A program made the position numbers and the translations under genes. A DNA stretch of 64,000 nt from Candidatus Poribacteria bacterium. GTDB taxonomy: Bacteria; Poribacteria; WGA-4E; JAJDTR01. This document shows, piece by piece, positions 55,257 to 63,300 of the stretch (positions are counted from its first letter, which is position 1; the number at the start of each line of letters is the position of its first letter). Location of the stretch: the NCBI GenBank assembly GCA_965232535.1, contig CBDDPW010000020.1, positions 213,702 to 277,701 of the forward strand, read 5' to 3'. The notes below the pieces were generated by a model, which was not told the DNA's origin, did not search any database, and saw nothing but the letters and a program-made list of their open reading frames with translations.

Positions 55257-56090
55257 ATGACTGTTTTAACGGCAGAAGATCGGCGGTTCTGGGAAGAAAA
55301 CGGCTACGTTGTCGTTCACAACGCCGTTCCGCCGGAAAACCTCAAAGCTGCCGAGCGGGCGGTGTGGGACTTTCTGGAGATGCAGTCCGATGATCCGAGG
55401 AGTTGGTATCCCGACCCGCCTCGCGGCATCATGGCAGAGATGTATCAACATCAGGCGTTGTGGGACAATCGGCAATTTCCTCGCGTGCATCAAGCATTTG
55501 CGGAGATTTGGGGAACCGAGAAATTATGGGTGAGCATTGACCGCGCTAGCATGAACCCTCCAGAGCTGCCGGACTGGAAGTATCCCGGCATACTTCACTG
55601 GGACACAAATTTGGAACCGCCAATTGAGTTTTGGGTTCAGGGGGTGTTATACCTGACAGACACCGCAGCCAATCAAGGGGCATTCAGCTGCGTGCCGGGA
55701 TTCCATCGGCGGCTGGAGGCTTGGCTGAAGGAGCTGCCGCCGGAGACGAATCCACGTGAACAGGATCTGGAAAGCCTAGGCGCTGAACCGATCCCCGGAG
55801 CAGCGGGAGATCTCATCATCTGGCACAGCGCCTTGCCCCATGGGAGTAGCCCCAACACCGCAACGCACCCTCGCATAGCGCAGTACATCACCATGTTCCC
55901 ATCGCAGGGATATGATGAGGCGGCACGAATCCAACGCATTAGAGCGTGGCGAGAACGCCTAGCGGGATTGGTCATTGAGGTCACCGGTAAGAAGACATGG
56001 GAACTCCGAAACGAAAAGGAGCACCAGAGGGGCCAAACAGCAGAACTGTCTCCGCTAGGACGAAAATTGTTGGGACTGGACGGATGGTAG
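55257..56090 (+). CDS. PhyH-family Fe(II)/2-oxoglutarate dioxygenase
   Basis: RBS AAAGGAGAG. MTVLTAEDRRFWEENGYVVV, ILHWDTN (H-x-D) and IIWHSALPHGSSPN (distal His). The TAG stop (56088-56090) is part of the GTAG head of the downstream REP doublet. Confidence 0.82.
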   Translation: MTVLTAEDRRFWEENGYVVVHNAVPPENLKAAERAVWDFLEMQSDDPRSWYPDPPRGIMAEMYQHQALWDNRQFPRVHQAFAEIWGTEKLWVSIDRASMNPPELPDWKYPGILHWDTNLEPPIEFWVQGVLYLTDTAANQGAFSCVPGFHRRLEAWLKELPPETNPREQDLESLGAEPIPGAAGDLIIWHSALPHGSSPNTATHPRIAQYITMFPSQGYDEAARIQRIRAWRERLAGLVIEVTGKKTWELRNEKEHQRGQTAELSPLGRKLLGLDGW

Positions 56091-56186
56091 CAGGCACAGG
56101 ATGTGTGCCGTCCGCAAGACGTGGCATCTGAGGTCTGAATTCGTACTACGTTACGTTTGTTACGGCATACGGCGTATGCCTACCAC
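56087..56186 (+). repeat. REP doublet (REPIN-like) immediately upstream of the RAYT gene, copy B
   Basis: GTAG+CA+GGCACA-ggatg-TGTGCC ... GAATTCGTACTACGTTACGTTTGTTAC ... GGCATAC-ggc-GTATGCC+TACCAC. Confidence 0.85.
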
Positions 56187-56191
56187 CTTTA

Positions 56192-56839
56192 ATGAAGATG
56201 TTTAAGCTTTTTGATCCGAACAGCGATTTTCACATTATAGCAGGGGCAAATCTTCCACATTGGTTTCAACCGCAAACAACCTACTTTATTACGTTTCGTA
56301 CGGAGGATTCGCTCCCTGTACGTATGGTTAAGCAATGGCATGCTGAACGATCGGCGTGGCTTGCGCAACACGGAATTTCCACTTCAATGCCAAATTGGAA
56401 AGATAAACTGACAGAACTTCCTGAAAAACGCCGCAAACATTTTCATGAAACTTTTTCAAAGCAATATTTAGAAAACCTTGACAAAGGTCTCGGCGCATGC
56501 GTTTTGAAACAGCCGCGACTCTCAAAAATTGTCGCCGACAATTTATTATATTTTAATGGCGATCGTTACCACATAGGCGACTTTGTGGTGATGCCAAATC
56601 ATGTGCACTTGCTGGTCTGTTTGTTAGGCGACACAGAGCTCCTAAAACAGTGCCGCTCGTGGAAGAGGTACACCGCTGGCAAAATTAATAAAGAACTTGG
56701 AAAAACGGGGCGATTCTGGCAAGAGGAGAGTTTCGATCATCTCGTCCGTTCCCCGGAGCAGTTCTGTGCGATTCAGCAATACATAAGGAAAAACCCAAGC
56801 CATCTTCAGAATGGAGAGTATTTTTTGTATCAAATTTAG
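56192..56839 (+). CDS. REP-associated tyrosine transposase (RAYT; IS200/IS605 TnpA-like HUH Y1 enzyme)
   Basis: LPHWFQPQTTYFITFRT at the N-terminus, HUH motif VVMPNHVHLLV, Tyr region SWKRYTAGKINKE, then GRFWQEESFDHLVRS and YIRKNP. The gene is bracketed by REP doublets. Confidence 0.82.
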   Translation: MKMFKLFDPNSDFHIIAGANLPHWFQPQTTYFITFRTEDSLPVRMVKQWHAERSAWLAQHGISTSMPNWKDKLTELPEKRRKHFHETFSKQYLENLDKGLGACVLKQPRLSKIVADNLLYFNGDRYHIGDFVVMPNHVHLLVCLLGDTELLKQCRSWKRYTAGKINKELGKTGRFWQEESFDHLVRSPEQFCAIQQYIRKNPSHLQNGEYFLYQI

Positions 56840-56841
56840 AA

Positions 56842-56941
56842 GTAGCAGGTGCACGGCGTACGCTGTCCACAAAGCGTGGCATCCGCACTCTGAATTCGTA
56901 ATGCGTTCCGTTTGTTACGGCATACGGCGTATGCCTACTAC
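56842..56941 (+). repeat. REP doublet immediately downstream of the RAYT gene, copy C (left hairpin decayed)
   Basis: GTAGCAGGTGCACGGCGTACGCTG (the stem is no longer complementary) ... GAATTCGTAATGCGTTCCGTTTGTTAC ... GGCATACGGCGTATGCC+TACTAC. Direct orientation relative to copy B. Confidence 0.8.
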
Positions 56942-56958
56942 CTTACGTGAAATTTATA

Positions 56959-56987
56959 TTGCAGGCATAGCCGTGTTGTGATAAAAT
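56959..56987 (+). promoter_or_regulatory. candidate sigma70 promoter for gspG
   Basis: TTGCAG (56959-56964), a 17-nt spacer, then TAAAAT (56982-56987). The listed ATG at 56986 lies inside the -10 element, which supports the downstream start at 57028. Confidence 0.4.
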
Positions 56988-57027
56988 GAGGCAAATTATA
57001 GACGGCGGAGGCGCCCCTTTGAAAGAG

Positions 57028-57471
57028 ATGACACATCGACAATCCGGTCTGACATCCACACAGATTCTCATTGTTCTCGTAGTAATCGGCATCGTAGCGG
57101 CGGTAATTCTAGCCCCTCGATTGCTGGGTCAAGCTGGCAAGGCGCAACAAGCCCAAGCTGTCGAAGAAATCGAGAAGATCGGCATTGCGCTTGATCGCTA
57201 CGCTAAAGATAACGGGGATTATCCATCAACGGAACAGGGGTTGGCTGCGCTCTGGGAGAGACCTGAAGAGCCGCCACTTCCCATTGATTGGAAGGGTCCG
57301 TACCTTAAGATTCCAATCACAAGAGACCCGTGGGGAAACGAATACGTTTACATTCGGCCGGGTATTCATGACAGGTACGGGTACGATCTGATTTCATTTG
57401 GCAGTGACGGGCGAGAAGGCGGTACTGGTGACGCCGAAGAGATTGTAAGTTGGATTCGTCCGGACGAATAA
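57028..57471 (+). CDS. gspG: type II secretion major pseudopilin GspG-like protein (orphan, atypical N-terminus)
   Basis: Short leader MTHRQSG followed by a hydrophobic helix LTSTQILIVLVVIGIVAAVIL. C-terminal GspG body EEIEKIGIALDRYAKDNGDYPS..GL.AL, KDPWGNEYVYIRPG and YDLISFGSDGREGG. Confidence 0.8.
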   Translation: MTHRQSGLTSTQILIVLVVIGIVAAVILAPRLLGQAGKAQQAQAVEEIEKIGIALDRYAKDNGDYPSTEQGLAALWERPEEPPLPIDWKGPYLKIPITRDPWGNEYVYIRPGIHDRYGYDLISFGSDGREGGTGDAEEIVSWIRPDE

Positions 57472-57541
57472 AATTACGTTCGAGCGTCCAATCTTTGGCA
57501 ATTCGGTTGCGGTGCCCCGCAGAACACTTGCGGATGAGAAT

Positions 57542-58261
57542 TTAACAAGAACGTGCGGCGGCAAGCGCCGATTGCAAATCGAGATCTCCGGTATACAACG
57601 CTCTGCCGATTATCGCGCCGGATGCGCCGATAGATTTAAGGGTTTTCAAATCCTCAACTGATGTAATGCCCCCCGAAGCAATAACTCCTACCTCGACTTC
57701 CTCGACAACCGCCCGGGTGGCCTCCATATTGGGTCCCTTAAGCATACCATCGCTCTTGATGTCCGTGTAGACTATCGTGAGGACACCCAGATTTTGCATT
57801 TCTCTGGCGAACTCAATCGCCGGTTTGTGGGAGACGTTAAGCCAACCTTCCGTTGCCACCAGTTCATCCTTAGCGTCGATTCCCACGGCAATTCGCTCAT
57901 CGTATTTGCGGCACGCCCCTTCCACCAATCCCGGGTTCTTAAGGGCTGCCGTGCCTAGAATGGCTCGCGCAACGCCGAGCGCCAATATCTGATCCAGTCG
58001 TTCAGGCGTCCGGATTCCTCCACCCAATTGGACGGGAATCCGAATCGCATCAACGATCTCTCGGACAATTTGCAGATTTGCCGAGGCACCGTGAAACGCG
58101 CCGTCAAGATCGACTAGATGAAGATACTCTGCTCCTTCGTCTTCCCAGCGTTTCGCCATTTCTATCGGCTCATCGGAGAAAATAGTTTCCTCCTCTGCGC
58201 GCCCTTGAACGAGATTGACGCATTTTCCATTGCGTAAATCTATTGCGGGTAGAATGAGCAT
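57542..58261 (-). CDS. hisA: 1-(5-phosphoribosyl)-5-[(5-phosphoribosylamino)methylideneamino]imidazole-4-carboxamide isomerase
   Basis: Start at ATG 58261 gives MLILPAIDLRNGKCV (catalytic Asp). HLVDLDGA, VQLGGGIR and ASGGITSVEDL. Confidence 0.92.
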   Translation of the reverse strand: MLILPAIDLRNGKCVNLVQGRAEEETIFSDEPIEMAKRWEDEGAEYLHLVDLDGAFHGASANLQIVREIVDAIRIPVQLGGGIRTPERLDQILALGVARAILGTAALKNPGLVEGACRKYDERIAVGIDAKDELVATEGWLNVSHKPAIEFAREMQNLGVLTIVYTDIKSDGMLKGPNMEATRAVVEEVEVGVIASGGITSVEDLKTLKSIGASGAIIGRALYTGDLDLQSALAAARSC

Positions 58262-58291
58262 GAATGTTGACTTCGCTTTCCTCAATTCGGC

Positions 58292-58320
58292 TTGACATGC
58301 GACCTACCAATCACTAAAAT
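58292..58320 (+). promoter_or_regulatory. near-consensus sigma70 promoter for the zinc-ribbon gene
   Basis: TTGACA (58292-58297), a 17-nt spacer, then TAAAAT (58315-58320). It lies 75 nt upstream of ATG 58395. Confidence 0.55.
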
Positions 58321-58394
58321 ATATCAAACCTAACCTGCTTTTTTCAATACATAAACCACGAAAATTCCTTGTGGGTGAGGAGGAAGGGACTTAG

Positions 58395-58754
58395 ATGCCC
58401 ACGTACGATTATCAGTGTCTTGATTGCGGAATAAAGTTCGAGTTATTTCAAAACATGACCGAGGACCCGATTCAGGAATGCCCCGACTGCCATGGCAAAG
58501 TGAAGCGGTTGATTGGGGCTGGTGCCGGTCTGATTTTCAAAGGCTCGGGTTTCTACATCACGGACTATCGAGGTGATGGCTACAAGGAAGCGGCGAAAAA
58601 GGACGAAGCGCCTTCTTCGGGTGAAGGGGGCAAGAATGACGAGAAGAAAAAGGGCGGAGACAAGAAGTCTGGCGGAGATGTGAAATCGGACGGTGCGAAA
58701 AGTTCAAAAAGCGGCGATTCCAAGAGCGGTTCGACAGCTAGCAGCAATGCATAG
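58395..58754 (+). CDS. FmdB-family zinc-ribbon protein with Lys/Gly/Ser-rich tail
   Basis: RBS GAGGAGGAAGGG. MPTYDYQCLDCG...ECPDCHG (CxxC-x-CxxC ribbon), then a low-complexity tail GGKNDEKKKGGDKKSGGDVKSDGAKSSKSGDSKSG. Confidence 0.85.
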   Translation: MPTYDYQCLDCGIKFELFQNMTEDPIQECPDCHGKVKRLIGAGAGLIFKGSGFYITDYRGDGYKEAAKKDEAPSSGEGGKNDEKKKGGDKKSGGDVKSDGAKSSKSGDSKSGSTASSNA

Positions 58755-58884
58755 TTGGAATGACCAATCGGGACAACGTGGAATAGGACGTGTTAAGTTG
58801 TCGTCCCCATAAATCATGTATGTCCTGTGCACCCGAGAATATCGGCGTTACGACTTCCGTCAAGCGTAATTTAGGGAGAAATTC

Positions 58885-59634
58885 ATGATGAGAACGGCTA
58901 ATCCTGCACTTAACGAAAATACATTCACGAGACTGGAACGCACGTACGCAGATTCCGATGTGATGACGATTCAGGGTACGGTAAACAAAATAGGAATCTT
59001 GCTAGTGCTGGCGATAGCTTCCGCAACCTGGACGTGGACGTTGGCGGGAGGAGAATCCGAAGCCGTGTATCCGCTGTTAGCCGTCGGTGGAATCGGCGGC
59101 TTTATTGTCGCCATTGTTACCGTATTCAAACAGACGTGGTCACCTGTCACCGCGCCAATTTACTGTTTGCTGAAAGGGCTCGTTCTCGGCGGCATCTCGG
59201 CAATCTTTGAATCTATGCACCCGGGGATCGTCTTTCAGGCGGTGTGCCTAACTTTTGGCACGCTGGCTTGTATGCTCATTGCTTACAGAACGGGACTCAT
59301 CAAAGCGACCGAGAATTTTAAAATGGGCGTTATCGCCGCCACCGGTGGGATTATGCTAGTTTATTTTGTGACGTCTATCCTCGGTTTTTTCGGCATCGGT
59401 CAATTGGGTTTCATCCACGATTCCGGGCTCGTTGGCATCGGGTTTAGCTTGTTCGTGGTTGTCATCGCTGCACTGAATCTCGTGCTGGACTTCGATTTTA
59501 TTGAAAATGGAGCGGCACGGGGCGCACCAAAATTTATGGAGTGGTACGCGGCCTTCGGCTTAATGGTCACTCTCATCTGGCTGTATCTTGAGATTTTGAG
59601 GTTGTTGGCGAAACTCGCGGCAAATCGGGATTAG
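58885..59634 (+). CDS. Bax-inhibitor-1/YccA family membrane protein
   Basis: RBS GGGAG. N-terminal NPALNENTF followed by seven hydrophobic helices, with a charged C-terminal end typical of the BI-1/YccA family. Confidence 0.8.
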   Translation: MMRTANPALNENTFTRLERTYADSDVMTIQGTVNKIGILLVLAIASATWTWTLAGGESEAVYPLLAVGGIGGFIVAIVTVFKQTWSPVTAPIYCLLKGLVLGGISAIFESMHPGIVFQAVCLTFGTLACMLIAYRTGLIKATENFKMGVIAATGGIMLVYFVTSILGFFGIGQLGFIHDSGLVGIGFSLFVVVIAALNLVLDFDFIENGAARGAPKFMEWYAAFGLMVTLIWLYLEILRLLAKLAANRD

Positions 59635-59647
59635 ATACCGAGATGTG

Positions 59648-60376
59648 TCATAAATGGAGTTTGTTCTGACACTGGTTCAGGATTTCGTTCGCAACCAATA
59701 ACGACTCAAATGTTCCCGCATCGGTCCAATCGCCCGATAAGATATCGTATTCGAGTTCGGCGCGCTCGATGTATTCGTTAAGGACATCGGTGATTTCAAA
59801 TTCTCCGCGTTCAGATGGCTTCTGCTGTCTAATGAGGTCGAAAACCTTTTCATCATACATGTAGTAGCCAATCACGGCATAATTGCTTTTAGGGTTGCCC
59901 GGTTTCTCTTCGATTGAGATTATCTTCTCCTCGTCCAATGCAGCAATGCCGAATTCCGTCGGTTTGCTCACCTCCTTCAGCAGAGTTCGTGCTCCGGTCT
60001 CCTGCCTCCGAAAACTGTCAACGTAAGGTTTGATTGACCTGACAGCGATGTTATCGCCTAAGACAACAACAATCCTCTCTCCGTTAGCGAAATCCTCGGC
60101 GAGTAAGAGCGCGTGCGCGATGCCTTGCGCTTCCTCTTGAACCTTGTAAGTGAAATCCACGCCGAAGGATTTTCCGCTTCCAAGCAGATTGACAACATCT
60201 CCCATGTGCTCCGTGCTGGTTACCACGAGAATCTCGGTGATGCCGGCTGACACCAACTGTTTTATGGGATTGAAAATCATCGGCTCCCTTCCAACCGGAA
60301 GCAGATGTTTGTTCGTGACCTTTGTCAGCGGGTAGAGACGGGTGCCCTTGCCGCCCGCGAGAATAACACCTTTCAA
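59648..60376 (-). CDS. sugar-phosphate nucleotidyltransferase (short RmlA/GlmU-N-like)
   Basis: MKGVILAGGKGTRLYPLT (G-x-G-T-R-L signature), EAQGIAHAL and VLGDNI. Length 242 aa. Confidence 0.85.
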   Translation of the reverse strand: MKGVILAGGKGTRLYPLTKVTNKHLLPVGREPMIFNPIKQLVSAGITEILVVTSTEHMGDVVNLLGSGKSFGVDFTYKVQEEAQGIAHALLLAEDFANGERIVVVLGDNIAVRSIKPYVDSFRRQETGARTLLKEVSKPTEFGIAALDEEKIISIEEKPGNPKSNYAVIGYYMYDEKVFDLIRQQKPSERGEFEITDVLNEYIERAELEYDILSGDWTDAGTFESLLVANEILNQCQNKLHL

Positions 60377-60452
60377 AATAGACGAATTCTCCTCCGTTTG
60401 GATTGAGCCCTTAACACAGTAGTGAAATCGGGCTCAGTTGTGTCCGGAAGAT

Positions 60453-61562
60453 TCATTGCGATTTTCCCCTTGCGGCGATTTCCCAAACCGATTCGACAAT
60501 CCCGTCTCGAACTCCGTAGTAACGGTCATGGAGATTGACGGTGGTACAGCAGTGACTCGGCAAGATTTCAAGTTTGTCCCCGGGCTTGAGGTCAACGCTA
60601 GGTTCGGCGTCCATTGTGCCGTGTTCCTCTGACAAACCACGCATCTCTAAACCGTCTGTCAATGGTTGAGGTATACCGAACTCCTTTGATAGCACCTTCA
60701 TCCCCGAATCGACGATAACCCGGGTGGACTCCGGACGACTCACAACGGTCGTCAACAGCGTCAGTGAACACGGAAACCGGTCCCCCACCCCTTCTACATT
60801 GTGGTATGTGCTATCCATGAACACGTAAGATCCAGCTTGTATTTCGGTCATTTCAGGGTAAGATCCGGTGATTGCGTGCGTCCCTGTTCCGCCGCCGCTC
60901 ATGATACCCACGGCAACACCGTTTTCTTCAAGAAAATCTTTGGTATCAATCAGGAGCTGTACAGCTTTTCCGGTCTCGATTTTCCGTTCAATCAGGTCCG
61001 GTCTGGCGACCGTGTGTCCCTCATATCCCATCAAGCCCTCGAACTTTAACCCCTTCGATTTCAGAATCTTCCGAGCGAGAGTCAATGTCGGTTCTCCCGG
61101 CAAGGTGCCGCATCGTCCCATGCCGGTGCTGACTTCAACCAACACGCGAAGCGTGGCACCCTTGGCTTCGGCGGCAGCAGAGAGTTGATCGACGTTGTCG
61201 GCGTCATCTACGGCAACCATGATTTCCGAGTTCTTGGCAAGGTTGATCAGTCGGGCGATCTTCTGGGTTCCAACGACTTGGTTGGCGATGAGCACATCAC
61301 GGATTCCGGCGTGCACCAGGGCTTCAGCTTCGCCTAGTTTGGCGCAAGTGATCCCGATTGCCCCGGCTTCAAGTTGCTTGTGTGCGATGATTGGAGTTTT
61401 GTGTGTTTTCGCGTGCGGACGCAGCTCTGCATTGACAGTCTTGAAAAAGTCAGCCATCGTCCGAATGTTGGCTTCGAAAACATCCAAATCAATGAGTAAG
61501 GCGGGTGTATCGATTTCTTCCTTGGGGATGCCTATGAAGACATCGGGATGGACCTCGGACAT
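60453..61562 (-). CDS. DSD1 / D-threonine-aldolase-like PLP enzyme (alanine-racemase N-terminal fold)
   Basis: TPALLIDLDVFEANI, PLP-lysine region LRPHAKTHKTP, and the C-terminal beta-domain pattern LPSHCCTTVNLHD. Confidence 0.8.
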   Translation of the reverse strand: MSEVHPDVFIGIPKEEIDTPALLIDLDVFEANIRTMADFFKTVNAELRPHAKTHKTPIIAHKQLEAGAIGITCAKLGEAEALVHAGIRDVLIANQVVGTQKIARLINLAKNSEIMVAVDDADNVDQLSAAAEAKGATLRVLVEVSTGMGRCGTLPGEPTLTLARKILKSKGLKFEGLMGYEGHTVARPDLIERKIETGKAVQLLIDTKDFLEENGVAVGIMSGGGTGTHAITGSYPEMTEIQAGSYVFMDSTYHNVEGVGDRFPCSLTLLTTVVSRPESTRVIVDSGMKVLSKEFGIPQPLTDGLEMRGLSEEHGTMDAEPSVDLKPGDKLEILPSHCCTTVNLHDRYYGVRDGIVESVWEIAARGKSQ

Positions 61563-61613
61563 TTTATGTTGCCTCCTTGGGATTTATGACCGTCGATAAT
61601 CTTCCTTCAAGTC

Positions 61614-62561
61614 CTAAAGCTGTTTCACGGGGTTGGAGAGCGTGCCCAGCCCGCCGATTTCAATCTGTACTACATCACCGGGGGCTAGAGGCAAGTCATT
61701 CGGAACGATGATGCCTGTCCCTGTGGATACGACGGTACCAATCGGAACAGGGTTATCTCTACAAAGGAACTCCGTTAGTTCTTCGAACTTCCATTTAATT
61801 TGGGAGGTATTGACCTCGCCTTCGTAAAGCGTCTTATCGTCCCGCAAGACCGTACATTTCATATCAAGATTGTACGGATCATCAATTTCGGATGCGGTGA
61901 CAAACATCGGGCCTAGCGCACAGCACCCGTAAAAAATCTTCGATTGCGGCAAGTAGAGCGGATTGTCGCGTTCCAAATCCCAAGCGGAGACATCGTTGCA
62001 TATCGTGTATCCCGCAATCTCGCCATCGGCGCCGAGCACATATGCCAATTCCGGCTCCGTCGCCGTCAATTCAGAGTCGCTCCGGATACATATGAAGTCA
62101 TTCGGACCGGTACAACGAGGCACTGTTCCCTTGAAAAAAATTTCGGGGCGATTTGCATTGTAAACACGACTATAGATGTCCTGCTCGCTGTCTTCATCGC
62201 GCATATCCGCGCTCCGTTTGTACGTAACGCCGCAACCCCAAACCTCAGGTGTGTCAAGAGGCAGAAGAAGATGCGGTTTATTCGGATCCGGCGGAATATT
62301 GAGGTCTTCAAATATCAATCTGTCGTTTCTGGGTTCTGCCGACCTGCCCGGACGTGAAGGAATCGAGAGTGGCGGACTCGCGACGCGCTCCTGAATATCC
62401 GCCAGCAGCACCCCTATACTTACGCCTTCGCTGTAGGCTAACTCCAAGATTTCGAGTACGCCCGAAGATTCGTCGCTGGTCACGTCAATAACCTCATCCT
62501 CGCGCGTAACAATACCGACGCGCTTTCCCATGTTGGGTAGATGAAATTGAATAAGTTTCAT
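61614..62561 (-). CDS. fumarylacetoacetate hydrolase (FAH) family protein
   Basis: An N-terminal SH3-like extension followed by the FAH core: VWGCGVTYK, FFKG, TEPELAYVLG, DVSAWD and GTPGG-like TGTGI. Confidence 0.75.
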   Translation of the reverse strand: MKLIQFHLPNMGKRVGIVTREDEVIDVTSDESSGVLEILELAYSEGVSIGVLLADIQERVASPPLSIPSRPGRSAEPRNDRLIFEDLNIPPDPNKPHLLLPLDTPEVWGCGVTYKRSADMRDEDSEQDIYSRVYNANRPEIFFKGTVPRCTGPNDFICIRSDSELTATEPELAYVLGADGEIAGYTICNDVSAWDLERDNPLYLPQSKIFYGCCALGPMFVTASEIDDPYNLDMKCTVLRDDKTLYEGEVNTSQIKWKFEELTEFLCRDNPVPIGTVVSTGTGIIVPNDLPLAPGDVVQIEIGGLGTLSNPVKQL

Positions 62562-63038
62562 ATTTTCTCCTGCTAATATTTTTTCTAAAACTTCACGTAT
62601 GGCCGCGCGAGGGTATATATTTGAAGATTAACTGCGTTACCTATGCGTGACGGGTACAACATAATGATTGCGTCGGAATAATGTCCTGAAAATTGCTTGT
62701 TGCTCAAGCTACGGTTTATCTTGCCGTAAAAAATTGCGGTTCTACGCGCATGGAACTCTCCACTGGCAGCGATTACCTTGTTCCGGGCTGATTGTGTAAA
62801 CCGAGTCCCGTGTCCAACGTCCACAAGTGTGGATATATGATATTTCTGCGAGTTTGTGGTGTCAAGCAAAATGTGAGGAGGCGGCGACACTACCTCCATC
62901 TCCAATTAGGCTATCCGAAGGCGGTTCAAGGTCGGTGACTGATATCAAATCGCAACCTTCTGAAACTTATTGGGCACACTCAATCGTTAAATGACAGGGG
63001 TTCTGTTTCTGCTGCGCTGCAGAATTGAAATTCAATGA

Positions 63039-63068
63039 TTGACGGATATTCCGATAGACCTCTATAAT
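63039..63068 (+). promoter_or_regulatory. near-consensus sigma70 promoter upstream of the HtrA-like gene
   Basis: TTGACG (63039-63044), an 18-nt spacer, then TATAAT (63063-63068). This would give a leader of roughly 225 nt before ATG 63301. Confidence 0.45.
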
Positions 63069-63300
63069 GGAATTCTTGAAACTTGGTAGTGTTTGATGGG
63101 TGATTTGAACACCAAGGTGAGATGCGGGTTGTACCGGGTGTTTACACTTTCCCTCCTACAAGTTTCAGAAGCACACGTCCTTGATCGTGTCTCCTCGCTT
63201 GCCAAAAAACGCCGATAACTGTGGTAACCGCAATCGTTCAAACCTATTGGCTATTGTCCTCACACACGTCCTATATGTCCGTCAGTCATAGGGGAATACC

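Noticed and set aside
62585-62905. A 106-aa minus-strand ORF in the long gap before the protease gene.
   Set aside because: No RBS, an odd composition and no recognisable domain. I treated it as non-coding pending expression data.
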